A stretch of DNA of 63,161 nucleotides, the filler included, from Choristocarpus tenellus KU-1152 (Eukaryota; Protista; Phaeophyceae): NCBI GenBank assembly GCA_964200185.2. It is 13 parts of 13 records of this genome, joined end to end, with 100 filler letters (N's around TTAATTAATTAA, not from the genome) between each part and the next. Parts side by side here need not be neighbours in the genome. Positions count along the whole stretch, not along the records: positions 1 to 3,299 come from CAXNAD020020943.1; positions 3,400 to 14,600 come from CAXNAD020002454.1; 11 more parts are not named here. One strand, given 5' to 3'. Position numbers and translations under genes: made by a program. Below, piece after piece: positions 1 through 12,742 of this stretch. The notes under the pieces were generated by a model. That model was not told the DNA's origin. It saw nothing but the letters and a program-made list of their open reading frames with translations, and did no database searches. Position 1 is the stretch's first letter; every line of letters begins with the position of its first letter.

Positions 1-45
1 CCCAAACGGACAGTCACTACCCCCCCCCCCCCAGATACTTTAAGC
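1..45. mobile_element. MITE family B, terminal fragment
   Basis: poly-C followed by AGATACTTTAAGCC. Confidence 0.7.
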
Positions 46-1695
46 CAGCAGAAAAATGTTGACTGGTTGTTTGTGATATACATTTGAAGTGTTGGAGAAT
101 CGATGGGAGATACTGAGCTCTCTGAGTGGTTGCTCGACCAATTTCACTCCACATTCTTCTGGGTGGAATTAATGAAGATGCTGTGTAACCTTTGTAAGTA
201 AAAAATGCATGTCCAAGCCAGGTTTGTCGTGGCCCGAAGAAGGGAGTTTGTCCTCCAGTGAGTGAGTAGGCTTATAACTGGATCCGGGCAAATGTGAACT
301 TCTACGAGAGAGGGGATGAGGAAAAAATATGTGTGCCCCCAGGCTTCATTCAGACTGGGCAAAATTGTAGTCTTCTTGAACCTGTTTATTGACTGAGTTT
401 GTCATCTTCAAAATATTGCCTACAAGTAATCCTGGTTTCCTCTGCTGAAGCAGTGTGTTGGTCTTGCCTTTGTTGCATGTCGGTCGTTTCTGCCTTTCTT
501 GGGAGGAGATGCATTTTTTTTTTCTGCTCCCATATTGTTGGGTTGCAGAACAGATCAATGTGAAACAAAAAACAATTCACACACAGAACATAGTCGTAGT
601 GCAATGTTTTGTTCGTAGTAGTGCAGTTGTACACTCCCATATGACAACAGGTCAAAGGGCATAGATAAGTTGGAGTTAGTGAGAAACTTGATAGCAGAAG
701 TAAGAAAAATAATACAAAACACAATGTAATCCAAACCTCTTTCTTTTAGTTTCAACAATAACTATTGGATGCAGGTTGGTTAACGTTCTCTTTCTTTAAT
801 TGATTATTGAGAGGAGGTTCTATGGTTCAAACCTCACCATCAAACTTCTTTTCATTACACCCTCATTTCGATTTTTTGAAGTCTACAAGACAAGTCCTCT
901 CAACTCAGACCTCTTATAGTCCTCTCAAGTCCGACCTCTTTTCAGTACTGACTTTGACTGTCGGGAATTGTTGTGAGAGGTAACACAAAGAAACATATTT
1001 CTTGAATGATAATTGTTTGCGGAATATGGAGTTAACGTTTTGGGTTTTATCTGTTATTTTCTTCCTCTTGTTTTCAAGACGGGTTCAACCTCAAAGAGAT
1101 ATTTGTTCGTTTGGTCTCCCTGTGGAAAGTGGAAAGAGAATACACAAGGAACAAGAATAACGGATAACGGATAACGAACCAGGAAGTTGGTGCCTCCTCA
1201 CATTCATATAACGGGATAATTGGTTGTTTACCCCAAAATCCGTTATATTCGTTTTAGGGGTACCTTTACCGATGGATTTGCAGGTGACATGAGAAAACTC
1301 AAGATTTTTAAATATTGATAGAATCTAAATGAGGAAAATGGAGAGATGTGAATGCGCAAAAATACACAACATAAACGTGGTTGCGTATTTTCATGTTGAG
1401 GACAGTTTGTCCGCCAAAATGAACCCTTGGTTCTTGTTTATGAACCCTGTCCCTAACCTAACCGGTTCGCCGAACGGGATCTTCGAAATTAAGTGGAAAG
1501 TGTGACAGTCCAGAGAATTTCCTTTACTATAATGCTTGGGTTAGAGTCATAATTCAAGTAGAAATTTGGAGTCCCCGAAATGAGGAGAAAGTAAAGAATG
1601 CTTGTTATTTCTAATATTATTTGTACTTTGAATACCAAACCATAGATTTGCCCAGAAGAGTCTTGACATCAATCTCTAGTCTCAAGAGTCACTGG

Positions 1696-3299
1696 TGTTG
1701 GGGTGGTGGTCAGTGTTGTGTACGTGCTTGACCTTTGTTTGTGCGCAAAAGGGAAGGACCTTAATACCCCAATTGCCACTTCAAAGCGGTATTTGCTGGT
1801 GATCGTCTGTTACTCTTGTGCCCCTGACTCTGCGATGCAAAGAGCTTGATGATCCTGTGCACACCGTTCTGGGTCTCCAGCTAGAATCTAACGTCAAGAC
1901 AGTTTGACCCCGTATCAAGCGAAAATACCCGACAGGAATCTGAGGCAGTCGGTATTCTTCAACTTGCTACCAGTCGAAGGGAACTTGGGTCCACCACACG
2001 CTCGCACCACCAAGTACAACACGTGGAGAAAGAATAGGTATGCTTCTTACTTGATGATCCTATAGCTCCGGCTACTGTCTCTCTTGGGTGATTGATTACC
2101 CTGGCTCAAGCTTCTCCGCCATCCCTTGGTTGGTACCCGTGCATTCTGTAAGACCTCTCACCTCATCCTCCTTTTCACCCGCTCCTTGGCCCAACTCGGT
2201 TTCAACCCCTGGTACTTCTGATACCCAGTCTTGGGTTTAGGATATCGCAAACCATCATTTCAATAATCTTGGTGGACGCTGTCTCTCTCACACGTGTTGC
2301 GGAATGCTCATTTTGAAATCCCTCCTTGTAATCTCTCCTCTCCGTATTCCTTCAACAATAGCAAGGAATAAGCCATACTGTAGTGGCCCAATCTACTCAT
2401 GAGGGCGAATTCAACTTCACCTGGAGGGGCACCACCACGTATGGATGGCGTTGGGCGACCACGGACTGCTCCACCTTCCCCAAATACGATGGTGGAAGGC
2501 ATGATGTCCGATCCTCGCCAAGACGCAGGAGGGACCGAGTTTATAAGGTCGAACTCGCGGAGGTGGGTCCATGACACTGAAACTCCGGGTATAACATTCT
2601 TCACAGGGGTGGATGATGCGCCGCCAGAACTCGCCGCTCTGCGTCGGTCCCGGTCTCGCACTCCCATGACTCAGTCGCAGCCCTCAGACAAGACGGCGCA
2701 GTATGCTACCCCCTCGCAGCAGCAGCAGAGGAAGCCCGTTGTCGCACTTCCGCCCGTCAGATCAACTCCGGAGGAACCTGATACATCCTCCCCATCCTCC
2801 CCACTTCCGTCCCTCTTTTCGGCAACTTCGTCACTGACTAATGTGGCCAGAGCCAGCGCCGACTGGCTGCGTTTTGTGGGACGCCGCCCTGATGATGGAC
2901 ATGCCAACTGGGTTACGACAGGAGGGGATGCTGGGTCCAGCGAGAACCTTGCCGTGCCGGCCAAGGTCGTCCCTGACGACACTTCTACAGGCCAGGGTCA
3001 CGATCTTTCGGGGTTGTCAAGGTCCCGAAACGATTTTTTTTTGTTTGCAAAGAGTGCTCCAGGCGCCTTGGCCCAACCCTCGCAGGGTGGCTGGTTGGGG
3101 GGTTCAAAAACAACCGGTGGCGGCACAGGTGGGCGACCTAGAGGTGGTATTGATGTGGCCTCTCTCCTCACCACTGATGGGGTAAAGGGGAGAGAAGATG
3201 TGCGCCACAAGCGTCACTCCTCTCATGGTGGAGGAGATATTCGGGGGGGGCGGGCAAGCTGGGACTGTAGGAGAGATGCCCCACCCAGCCCAGCCCCTC
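1696..3299 (+). mobile_element. Putative 5' end of an LTR retrotransposon: LTR-like region, PBS and gag-like ORF (2399 to contig end)
   Basis: TGGTGGACGCT at 2270-2280 is complementary to a tRNA 3' end (...CGUCCACCA, tRNA-Ala type). It is followed by a long GC-rich, intron-less, low-complexity ORF running into the gap. The LTR start is uncertain. Confidence 0.4.
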
Positions 3300-3399
3300 N
3301 NNNNNNNNNNNNNNNNNNNNNNNNNNNNNNNNNNNNNNNNNNNTTAATTAATTAANNNNNNNNNNNNNNNNNNNNNNNNNNNNNNNNNNNNNNNNNNNN
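3300..3399. other. Artificial contig linker (first of 12: 3300, 14601, 19001, 23506, 26445, 34641, 37551, 44187, 47576, 52621, 57161, 60297; 100 nt each)
   Basis: Identical 44N-TTAATTAATTAA-44N. The 12-mer gives stop codons in all six frames. Confidence 0.97.
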
Positions 3400-6300
3400 G
3401 GAGACGATGAGGGTAGTACAGTGTCTGGGACTTCCCCAGATGTTCCCACAGTAGGGGGGCATCCTCTATTCCTCCTTGGTGGTATTGAGTGTGAATGGGA
3501 AACCACTGTCAATGAGGGCAAAGCAGAGGAAGATGTCTCGCCTAAGCATTGTTCCTCCTTGCAATTGGACTCATACCAGTGGGTGTGGACACATGAGTGT
3601 TTGCGAAATCGTTTTCATGTGCTTCTTACCACCCTAAGCACCTTGAAGTGTTCATACCTATTCAATACATTGCTTTGATTGGTGTATACAGACGAACTGA
3701 ACAAACCAGAGACAGGCAATGAATGGTCTCACAATGAATAAATAGTAAATTCAAGAAGCGCAATATATAAAATCTTCAAGGTCATAATGGCGTTTGTGAA
3801 ACTACCACTAAGGTCCATTGCCTGTGACAATTTATCCTATGGTGTGGGGTTGTGGTTGTCGGAAGGACATGCCATAATAATGGACGGTTCGATGCTGAAG
3901 CTCTTTCAAGGACCTTTCTGTACCTCATATCAGCAGAGTGTGGGATTACTGCTTCCTTTTTTTGAAGAAAATTGAAAGACCTCTACATCCATCCCTTCCT
4001 GCTTTGTATTGCTGAATGACAAGACCGCCTGTTGATCACCGGTCCAACCAAAAACTTTATCTAGGAAAGCAATAGTTTAGGCTCAGGGTTGTGGGTAGAG
4101 TACATGTAATATGTGTCTACTTTGTTGTGAGATGTAATTGAAGATATTGTGCTCTCATTCGTGTCATCTTTTGGTGTGTTGTGTTTTGATGGCCGCCTTT
4201 TTTATGCCTTGAAATGTGTTGTAGTGCATTTTGATGTCACTTTACATTTTGCATACCTTCTATGTTGAGTTTTCTGTTGTCTTGACAGTTGGATCCTCTA
4301 CTGGGACTCTGACCCATTCTTTACTTCACGGTTACTGTCGAAAAACATTTTACCCATACAATATAAGGAACATTGATTGTCCCACCTACAATAGAGTATA
4401 GTTCGAGGTATCTTTTATCTCTTTTCTGCTTTCCCTTGTTCGGAGACCTGGGAGAGGTCACATCCACTTAATACATAAGCGGGTTAGGGTTAGGGGAAAG
4501 GAAGTCACTATGGACTGAACAGCATTACTATGTAGCAGCACAAGTGTTCATACTCATATATACATAGATCGGATAGTTTACTTATCCAGTGAGGAATTGA
4601 ACAGTAACTGTTTCACCTGTTGCGGGATATACTGGAAATTTGTCCTTCACGAATCCCTGACTATTTTTGTTTTGGAGAGGTTGTGGATATACATATTGCA
4701 CAGTGGTTTAGGGTTGAGGGTGCCTTGCTCGCCATTTACTCTGACCTAGTCTATCCGGATACACCCATCAGATTTTAAGAATCGCTCAAGGAAAACTATA
4801 GGACAGTCAGAGCTGGATCCCAGTATAAAGTACCCTGTTTTGGGTTGTAGAATCAGCAGGACCAGCATGATAGACAGTGAGTGTTGAACCATGTATCTAC
4901 TACATAGTACCCCTGCAGTGAGTGATCTGGTGCCCAAAGGCTGCGAAGGTGAGCCAAATTTGTGGCATCAGCGACCTAGTGGCAACTGTTAAGAGTCGCG
5001 ATTGTCTGCCCTGGTGTAATAGTGACGCCTCAATGGTGTTTAACAGCAACCACCCACATATTTCTTTCGTATTTTTACCCCATGAAAAAGTAGCATTCCA
5101 TTTTTCATAAACATGAAGAAATCAGAGTGACCTATTTGTTGGGTGACATTGCTCTTTAAAGAGAAGTGACTTCTAAATGTTTGTACTTTGATTTTAAAGA
5201 ATATATCTAGTAGCAACTACTTGAACCATTTCACACCCCAAAACATAAAATACCAGATTCGACAATGAAAACACAACTCAGGAGTACCCCTTGATTTTTT
5301 AATTGTGTTGCTCTCGTTGGGAAGTTTGCACTGCATGAACCTTGAACGCAGGCTACCACTATGTGTGGCCAATCTGTCTTTTCGGTGGACAAAATACTTA
5401 CGCACTCACGGGTGAAATCATGTCTTCTGTGGGTTATGACCAGAAATTGTTGGATGTACAATCTCCATCTTATTCGTCAAACCTTGCTTCATTTATTTTT
5501 GTCTCTCCAAGGGAACGGAGGAACGACTTCCTGTTACAGTAACTACGACATAAACATCATTAAGGATGTCAAATTTCGCGTCTTTTTTGGCAAGGCTCCG
5601 AAATTCCTACACTATTGCCCTTCCAGGGATTAGTGTTGCACCATCTTACTTTCATATTATCGCGTCTACTGAAGAGCAAGTATATTATTACTCAAGGTGC
5701 GCAAAAAATAAGACTCGCTCATCATCAGATCGCCAATTCCTTCATAAAACGTTATGTGGATACTACAAGTCAATACTATTTTTGTCTTGTATATCTCATA
5801 TGCATGCTGCTTCACTGTGAAATGGAGCTATAGGTCGCTCCATAGATCAGTTACCTCTGTGCCCCATGAAGGGCAATGGAGACGTAATATGTGAGCTTCA
5901 AGTGACAAAGAGGAGGTAGAAAATAATGCCCATCACATGTAAGAGATAATACTGATTCTGGCACATGAGCTGCTGAGGTGTTCACTCTCGAATAGACACA
6001 AAAAAAAATACATTAACGAACCCTACCCAACATTTTTCTATAGTCTGATGCAAGGTGGGATTCACACACGCAAAACTGCCTTGTTTGCAGAGGGATACGA
6101 GTGCATCAAGGCTGGAGTGACTAACGCACCAAAATAACACAGCAACCCTCAAAGGACAAAACAGATGATGTGGCAGCACCCAGTTTTTGCTATTAGGCCA
6201 GAAAAAAATTAACCTGAGATTTGAGTAAGATCTGCTTCTGTGAAAAACCGTAAGGGCAACCAGAGAGGGCAAATTGGAGGGAAAAATAAATACCCTCGTG

Positions 6301-6514
6301 ATTACCTTAACTATCAGTGCAGAGTCTGTTATAATTCACATTTAGGTGCAAAGCAACAAATTCCAAATAACGAAACTCAAAATCAGTCGCAAAAGGTACC
6401 TCTCTAGAGATAGGGGACTGAATGCAACATTCTTCAAGTGTATAGTAGTATCTGTTCCAGAAAGCTGTTTCAAGGCCCCTTCAGGCTGTTGTCCGGATGA
6501 TGAGGGAAGTGAGG

Positions 6515-9500
6515 CTACACATCCTTCAGGTCATCATCATCAACTACCTTGACAACGTAATCTGAGGGAAGGCTCATTTGCAGAGCTTCCGCTGCAGCAG
6601 TGACCTCCGCCTCAATCTCTCCTTCCAGGGTAATGACCTGTCCGACATCAGGTGCGTAGTATTTGAATGGCATCAAAAAGGGAGACGAAGATGCAAGTGA
6701 GCATGTGCGACTGAGTCAAAAGAAACAACAACACTGATAGGGTGGAAGGAAACTGTTGTTAGGTTTAGGGTTTAGAGTAAATTGAATAACAATAGCATCT
6801 ATGGGCAGGGAACATGGCATGGTAAACAATACTTGCACCACTCGTCTAGCCTACAATTTCTCTTAGTACGTGGGATACATTGCCCCACAACACACCCCGT
6901 GATAAAATAGGTTAGTGATTTGAGCATTTGATAATTGATGCGATTATGATCTATGCGATCTGTAACTATGAATCAGATGGGCAACACATGAATTCTATCA
7001 ATGCACCAGTTGTCCATGCTTTTGAGGTATGACAGTAGGTGGAAGAATAATATGGGGGTGCTTCTTGCAGGATATTGCGGGCTAATGTAAACGTACCTAA
7101 CGATGCTCGCCCTCAAGATTACCGTTCTGAGCAGTAGATAACCAACACATACAGCTGACCTTCAAAGAGTACAAATCAATGTCACCTAAACCAGTACTCT
7201 ATCCCCCAACATATAGGATTATCCCTGTAAATTTGCGGAAGTATGACTTAAACAAACATAATGTAAATAGGGGGCAGAAAATGTGTAAGGATAATTTACA
7301 ATCACCCCCTGTTCTTTGTGCAGCTTCTTTTTACTCCCAGCCATAAGGCCACGTTCAGGTTTATCAGTTTGTCACTGAGTGAGTGTCCAATCAACTTTGT
7401 ACCAACTAACATGTGTTAGTACATAATACTTGGAGATATTTTTGAAATAAACAGTGTCAAATGGAAGGAAGGATACAAATCCAGAAGGGATACAAGGAGG
7501 TCTCCAACATGTAGTGGGCCACCGATTTACCCCGGAAATTGGAAGTTGCTGCCAACTAAATACGAGGTTGGCAGGTCCGTATGACGGTATGAGGTTTATC
7601 ACTGATGGTATAAGCTAAACACATTACTCCGTCGATAGTTCCCAACACATTCATACCATGCCGCTGACTAGACCACAACGCTATTTATCCCCTGAAATGC
7701 AGAAAGAGGGGTGGGATATTTCTACTTCACTCTCCCCTTCTTGCAACCCAACACTCGTCTCCACATTCACCGTCTTGAAAGCAGGGTAGTTGAAGTACGG
7801 GTAGCTCCCAAAGGTCACCCCAGGGTGTGCCGACACAGCTTCATCTAGCTGGGTTACTATTAGAAACTCGTCAGCCCTGAGGACTAGCTTCTTGCGATGC
7901 TGAAGGTTAGGGTTAGGGAGAATATTGGTGCACACACAAGGGAGTGGAGCTGAAATGACCAGATTATGCAGTGGGACTGCTAGACTGACGAAGGTGTCTC
8001 AAAGGCAGCGGCTAGTCCAAGTGTCGTCCACGAAATTTGCTTTGAGTTCGATGACGTAAAAGCATCTCCCAAATACTTGATGTTACTGTTACCATTGAAC
8101 ACTATTTCTAACACTATTTCTAATAAAATCATTATCGAAGTACTCAGGAGTATTCAGAACCCTGCAAGGCATTAACCCTGCACCTATCTCCTCACTCAAT
8201 TACACAATTAGGGGCAGACAGTTGGAGATTCCAAGCAAGACTAGTCTTGTTGACTGTACTTCTTCATCCCCTACAGTTTTCGTGAGATATTCATGAAGAG
8301 GGCGAAATGAGTCACGTACTTAGAAACCTAACCCTAACCCTAAGGTTCAGCTGATGATCAATATTTACAGCCACACAAAGTGTTGCGTCAAATGGGTAGT
8401 TCAGTATGGTCATGATAATTCATAAAGCATGTTAGGGTTAGGGTTAGTATAAAGTAAGACACGACTAATTCGGATTCTTCTGACAGATTCTGTTCTCTTC
8501 AAATAGGATTTAGGTCAACAACAATATTAGCCTAACAATTAGAATTCGCAAGTTGATCCAATCCATGTGAAGAATTATCCTCTCATCAATAGCCTTGTGG
8601 AAGAATTGGGCACAGAACATAATTGGAGAAATTGCCACAAAAACAAAGAGTAAACAAGCAGCACAGCACTCAGTGAACAACAGCCCACTGTCGCTCAGAG
8701 ATCACCAAAAGATTGGGGAGTTTGGAGAGTGGGTGAGGAGACAGTAGCATTATAAATGAGAAGATATATAACTGACCATGAGTCTATGGTCAAGAAAATG
8801 CTCCGCTATAACATTCATCTTGGACTGGAAGAACTGGGGCACCCCAGGTAGAATAAAGACATTTTCACACTGCAGGATTGGCCAGCCCCGCTGCTCCATT
8901 GGTGCAGCACGCAGCTTAGAGAGCTCCGGAAGCATGGCCATCTGGGGCAGGGGATGGGGCCAGGGCCAAAAACATCAGGTAAAATGTCTAGTAAAAAAAA
9001 GGAGTAACATCAGGTAAAATGAGCTGGGCACGTGAGCAGAAGGCTAAGAACTCTAACCCTAACCCTAACCCTATTTGCGGGAGGCGTTATTAGGATGCCA
9101 TTGTTGGAGGGGAATGGGTTGAGATCCCAAAACAAAAATATGCTTATTGCATGCTATGAAAGGCAGAAAAACGGCAGGCCCCACCATCTTGGTTGAAGGA
9201 ACGGTATCTGTTTGGTCTCAGGCAGTTTCACTTGCCCCCAAAGCACTACAACAGAGAGTCATTTGCGGAGAGCTCAACCTCACATCCATTAACAATATAC
9301 CAGGATCGATTTTTCAGAGTCAACAAGGCACTTGACTTGATAGCAACTTCTTCCAAGCGCACCCCGTAGGGTTAGGGTTAGGGATAGGGTTAGTCCTGAA
9401 AAAGTCTTATGGAACAAAGACTTTCACAATTTGATCGTTTCCCACCCTGTTTTCCTTGAATATTATGGTCACCTCATCTCTAGGGTTAGGGTTAGGGTTA

Positions 9501-11109
9501 GGGTTACTCCAACAATCTTTGCCAACGTGCATTCTTGACAGGAATGGACCTAGTAATCTGGTGAGTGTTGTAGCCAATTCAAGTTTTTTCCCCTCAGGAG
9601 TGGAAGAGCTCGTAGCTATGTACAAAGTTAACAGCAGTGTGTTCATTCCTTCTGCTATTTGGTACCTTTTGCTGAGCTTCCGTGAGCTGATCTACACTGT
9701 CAAGTCCGAAATTATCAGCCAGAGTCTTCAACATGTCCTGGACATCAGAAGGAAGGAGCAGATCGTGACGAGGATAACGTCAACTGTGGTGAGTTTGAAA
9801 CTGCCAGGCCTACCAGTAGAACACAAAGAAAAACGATAAAAAGCAAACCCTAACCCTAACCACATGAAAATAGTCAGCAAAAATGATATCAAAAATAAGA
9901 AAAAAAACTCGTTCTGGGACAGGGGATAAGATGCAAAGATGCACATTTATTTTTATTTATTTCCATCAGTGCAATGATAATCTATGAATGTAATTTGTGT
10001 AGCAGTTTGTCACGCTAAGTGAATAGTCATCTAGGGTCACGGAGCTGTTGCATACAGATTTCTTTTCTCCCTTAAATTTAGTGTGTTACTGGGAAAATTA
10101 AAAAACTAGGTTAGTACCTCTATTGTACTGTCTCTAGAGATAGGAATATACCTTTTATGAGACTAGCGAGCCATTCTTAATGAATCATAACCCCCACAAG
10201 TAACTGTCAAAGAACAAATCCAAAATCCTCACACCATGCCTTCTAGCCTCACCTCACACAATACCGTAATTTGTGCTTAGTGTTAGGGTTAGTGCACCAT
10301 ACTTTGTATATTGTAGAATATATAGTACCACTATCATTAACATGTGTTGTGGTATTACTGCTGCATCTCAAGTATCAGAACACATTCTGCAAACAGGTCA
10401 AACTGAGCAACAGAGAGCCATTTTGCCCGTAATACCTTATCTAGGGTATACCTTAACTGGGCGTATGTCAAGAACAATCTACATCAATCAGATAATCGGA
10501 ATGTCAACTTCAATCAACCACTCAAGCAAGGCGTTTGTCCAGAGCGAGAACAGTTGTACAGTCTCCTGCTCTACATTATACTTCAAACCTCACTCATGTC
10601 AAGAATTTCCCATCCCACTCATGTCCACTCCAACCTTCCACACCTTGTTTTGCCTAATAGCCTGATTAAGGGCCTTTGCAACTGCAAATATGGTGATATC
10701 ATCATGTGTTGGTCCTACCCCCCCGCTGGTCACCACAACATCAAATTCCTGAACCTGCCGTCTCACCTACCACACAGAAAAAATAATAATAGAAGGGGTA
10801 GGGAGAACGTCGAGGGAGAAGAGGAGGTGTAAGTGGGGGGGAGGGGTTCTTGATTCCTGTTCTTCATCTGCATCCTTGATATTTTGAATATATTGCCCTC
10901 TTTTCGATCTCATCCTAATCTTATCTCTACCGGAAGAAGACTCAAACACAGCTCTTCCATTGAAGGTATCTGAAGCAATTTGAAACGATCCTCACAATGT
11001 CTCCCCTAAGGGTTAGGGATAGGGTTAGGGTTAGGGTTGGAACGCTCACCTCATCGGCAATGTCTTCCAAGCTATCGGACACAACAGCAGCCCTCTTGAC
11101 AGGAATACC
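6515..11109 (-). CDS. FAD synthase (FLAD1-like), C-terminal molybdopterin-binding MoCF/CinA-like domain; partial (5' exons absent from contig), 6 exons
   Basis: Phase-0 GT-AG exons splice in frame: 11109-11050 (GIPVKRAAVVSDSLEDIADE), 10766-10644 (VRRQVQEFDVVVTSGGVGPTHDDITIFAVAKALNQAIRQNK), 9737-9666 (DMLKTLADNFGLDSVDQLTEAQQK), 8941-8777 (MAMLPELSKLR...WPILQCENVFILPGVPQFFQSK...), 7899-7771 (HRKKLVLRADE...GVTFGSYPYF...), 6637-6515 (VITLEG...DDDDLKDV*). TSGGxGPTHDDIT, NVFILPGVP and GSYP are hallmark motifs of this domain. Confidence 0.9.
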
Positions 11110-11491
11110 CTGTAATATAGTAACACAGATATAGTGGACATGCAAAACCAATATATGAGGAGGAGGAGGAGGAGGAGGAGGTGAGATAAAAGCGATGATG
11201 GTTCTTCTCAATAATAATAATAATAATATCATGGGGACGAGTGAAGTCAACAGAAAGTCTGCATAAAAAAAAAATCCACCCAAGCACACAATTTCTCTTA
11301 CACTCTCCTCCATCATATTATTGTAGAGCCTCTTCCACTAGCCAACCCCCTCCTACTACAAAACATGAGGCTGTAGACAATGAAGCGAGGGAAAACACAA
11401 CACCTAAGATAGCCAATGGGTTGGGGTTAGGGTTAGGGTGTCAATTTGGAAAAAGGAAGAAGTATCTACAGCAGAGGTCAAAAGTGTTTAC

Positions 11492-12742
11492 CTGCACAAC
11501 TGGGTACAGCTTCTTTACCCATTCTCGAGTGCCATGGAATGGATACCCATTACCATCCAGACCCCATGGTATCACCGTGCCATCATAAGGGCACAAGAAG
11601 TGAAGTCGCTTCTTTGTCCTGAACACTCCTTTGAAGCCATTCCATACCCTCTGAGCTCGATTCTTGACAGAATTACCAGTCACAGCAGACTCTCTCTCAT
11701 CGCGAATGGATAAAAGGCTAGGAAATGGATAGTCCTTATCTAGCACGGCATTGAGCTTAATCATCATTCCCAGAATGTTCATTGCCAGATTCTCCACTTT
11801 CTCTCCCACCACCTCCTGTTTCTCTCCCACCACCTCCAATTTCTCCAAGATTGCATCATGTCTTTTGTCTACATGTTGCTGCAGTGACTATATCCTCTCC
11901 ATGACTGCATCCTCTCCTTCAACAGCTCGTGGATCACCGGACCTTCTCCAGAGAAGAAGACCTGGGAACTGATCTTTGAAGAGCTGCTTTATTATCTTTG
12001 ATAGCTCCGAATCACAATCAGTAACTTCTCTAGACAGTGGCACACCCATCACGTGAAACTCAATGAATGATGGTCTGTCCAAGACAGCCTGAGGGTGCAG
12101 GTACAACAGTACCTAAGGTCCCCCCATTCTAAATCAAGCTCCATACCTCCAGCACACATGGAGCTGTAGAGCATGCTGAATGCACCGAGCCATTAGCAGC
12201 CCAAGTAGACCGACTGGTATATAAGATTGTTCCAATAGATAAACACTCTCAAGCCGCCAGCAACTGTTCGGTAAACCAAACTTCTTCAGGCTTTCCATAT
12301 TGATGGAGGTAGGAAGGCGTACCATCACCATCAGGTTAAGGTTGTTGTCCAAGGCACTTGTATCCCTATAATGTGTAAATGGAGCGCTTGCAGAAGTGCT
12401 CTCAAAAATAGCCCCAAACTCTGACATAGTGCGTAGAAGTCGTTTGAAGACAACCTCATCCTTGTCCACATCCAAATCACGCCACAAAACGTGCAAATAG
12501 CCAACAGTCAGCCTCCCTGTGGTACAGAAGGTATCATAGACATACTTTAGCTCACAAAAAACAGCACCAAGATGGCAGTCAGTTTCCTTGAGCTGTTCCA
12601 TCCTATAGGCCTCCTGTTTTGGATCTGCCAATCTGTGGTCTAAGATTGCTCGGAGAGGCTCGTTCAGCCAAGATGGGTCAAGATAGAGTATGCCACATGA
12701 AAGCAGGAATGTACCCTCCATCTGGTTCAGTTCAACCGCATC
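11492..12742 (-). pseudogene. ROCO-family (LRR-Roc-COR) COR/C-terminal exon with premature stops
   Basis: ORFs 12134-12874, 11888-12106 and 11441-11848 share one frame. Bounded by acceptor tttgcag|GAT (12742) and donor CAG|gtaaac (11492). Motifs ILYLDPSWLNEPLRAILDHRL, LWRD, MVRLP, PVGLLGLLMAR, CWRYGA, FPGLL, YPFPSLL, LHFLCPYD resemble brown-algal ROCO COR regions. Three in-frame stops (TGA 12136-12134, TAG about 12115-12113, TAG 11890-11888). Confidence 0.7.

Noticed and set aside
50-760. Cluster of short ORFs at the window start
   Set aside because: No recognisable motif or consistent splice structure.
3344-3355. Recurrent TTAATTAATTAA palindrome as a biological motif
   Set aside because: Always centred in exactly 88 Ns; it is an assembly spacer.
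3400-4070. Possible pogo/DDE transposase remnant on the minus strand (GMDVEVFQ..FKEAVIP)
   Set aside because: Only one weak motif and no catalytic residues recognisable.
9456-9839. ORFs with GLGLGL, NPNPNP, RVRVRV, IIIII or ERERER runs (also 20513, 21935, 24952)
   Set aside because: These are translations of telomeric and simple microsatellite tracts in introns, not genes.
11888-12136. Stop-codon readthrough or an alternative genetic code in the ROCO exon
   Set aside because: Both TGA and TAG occur, the other reconstructed genes have no internal stops, and FAD synthase terminates at TAG. Pseudogenisation is simpler.
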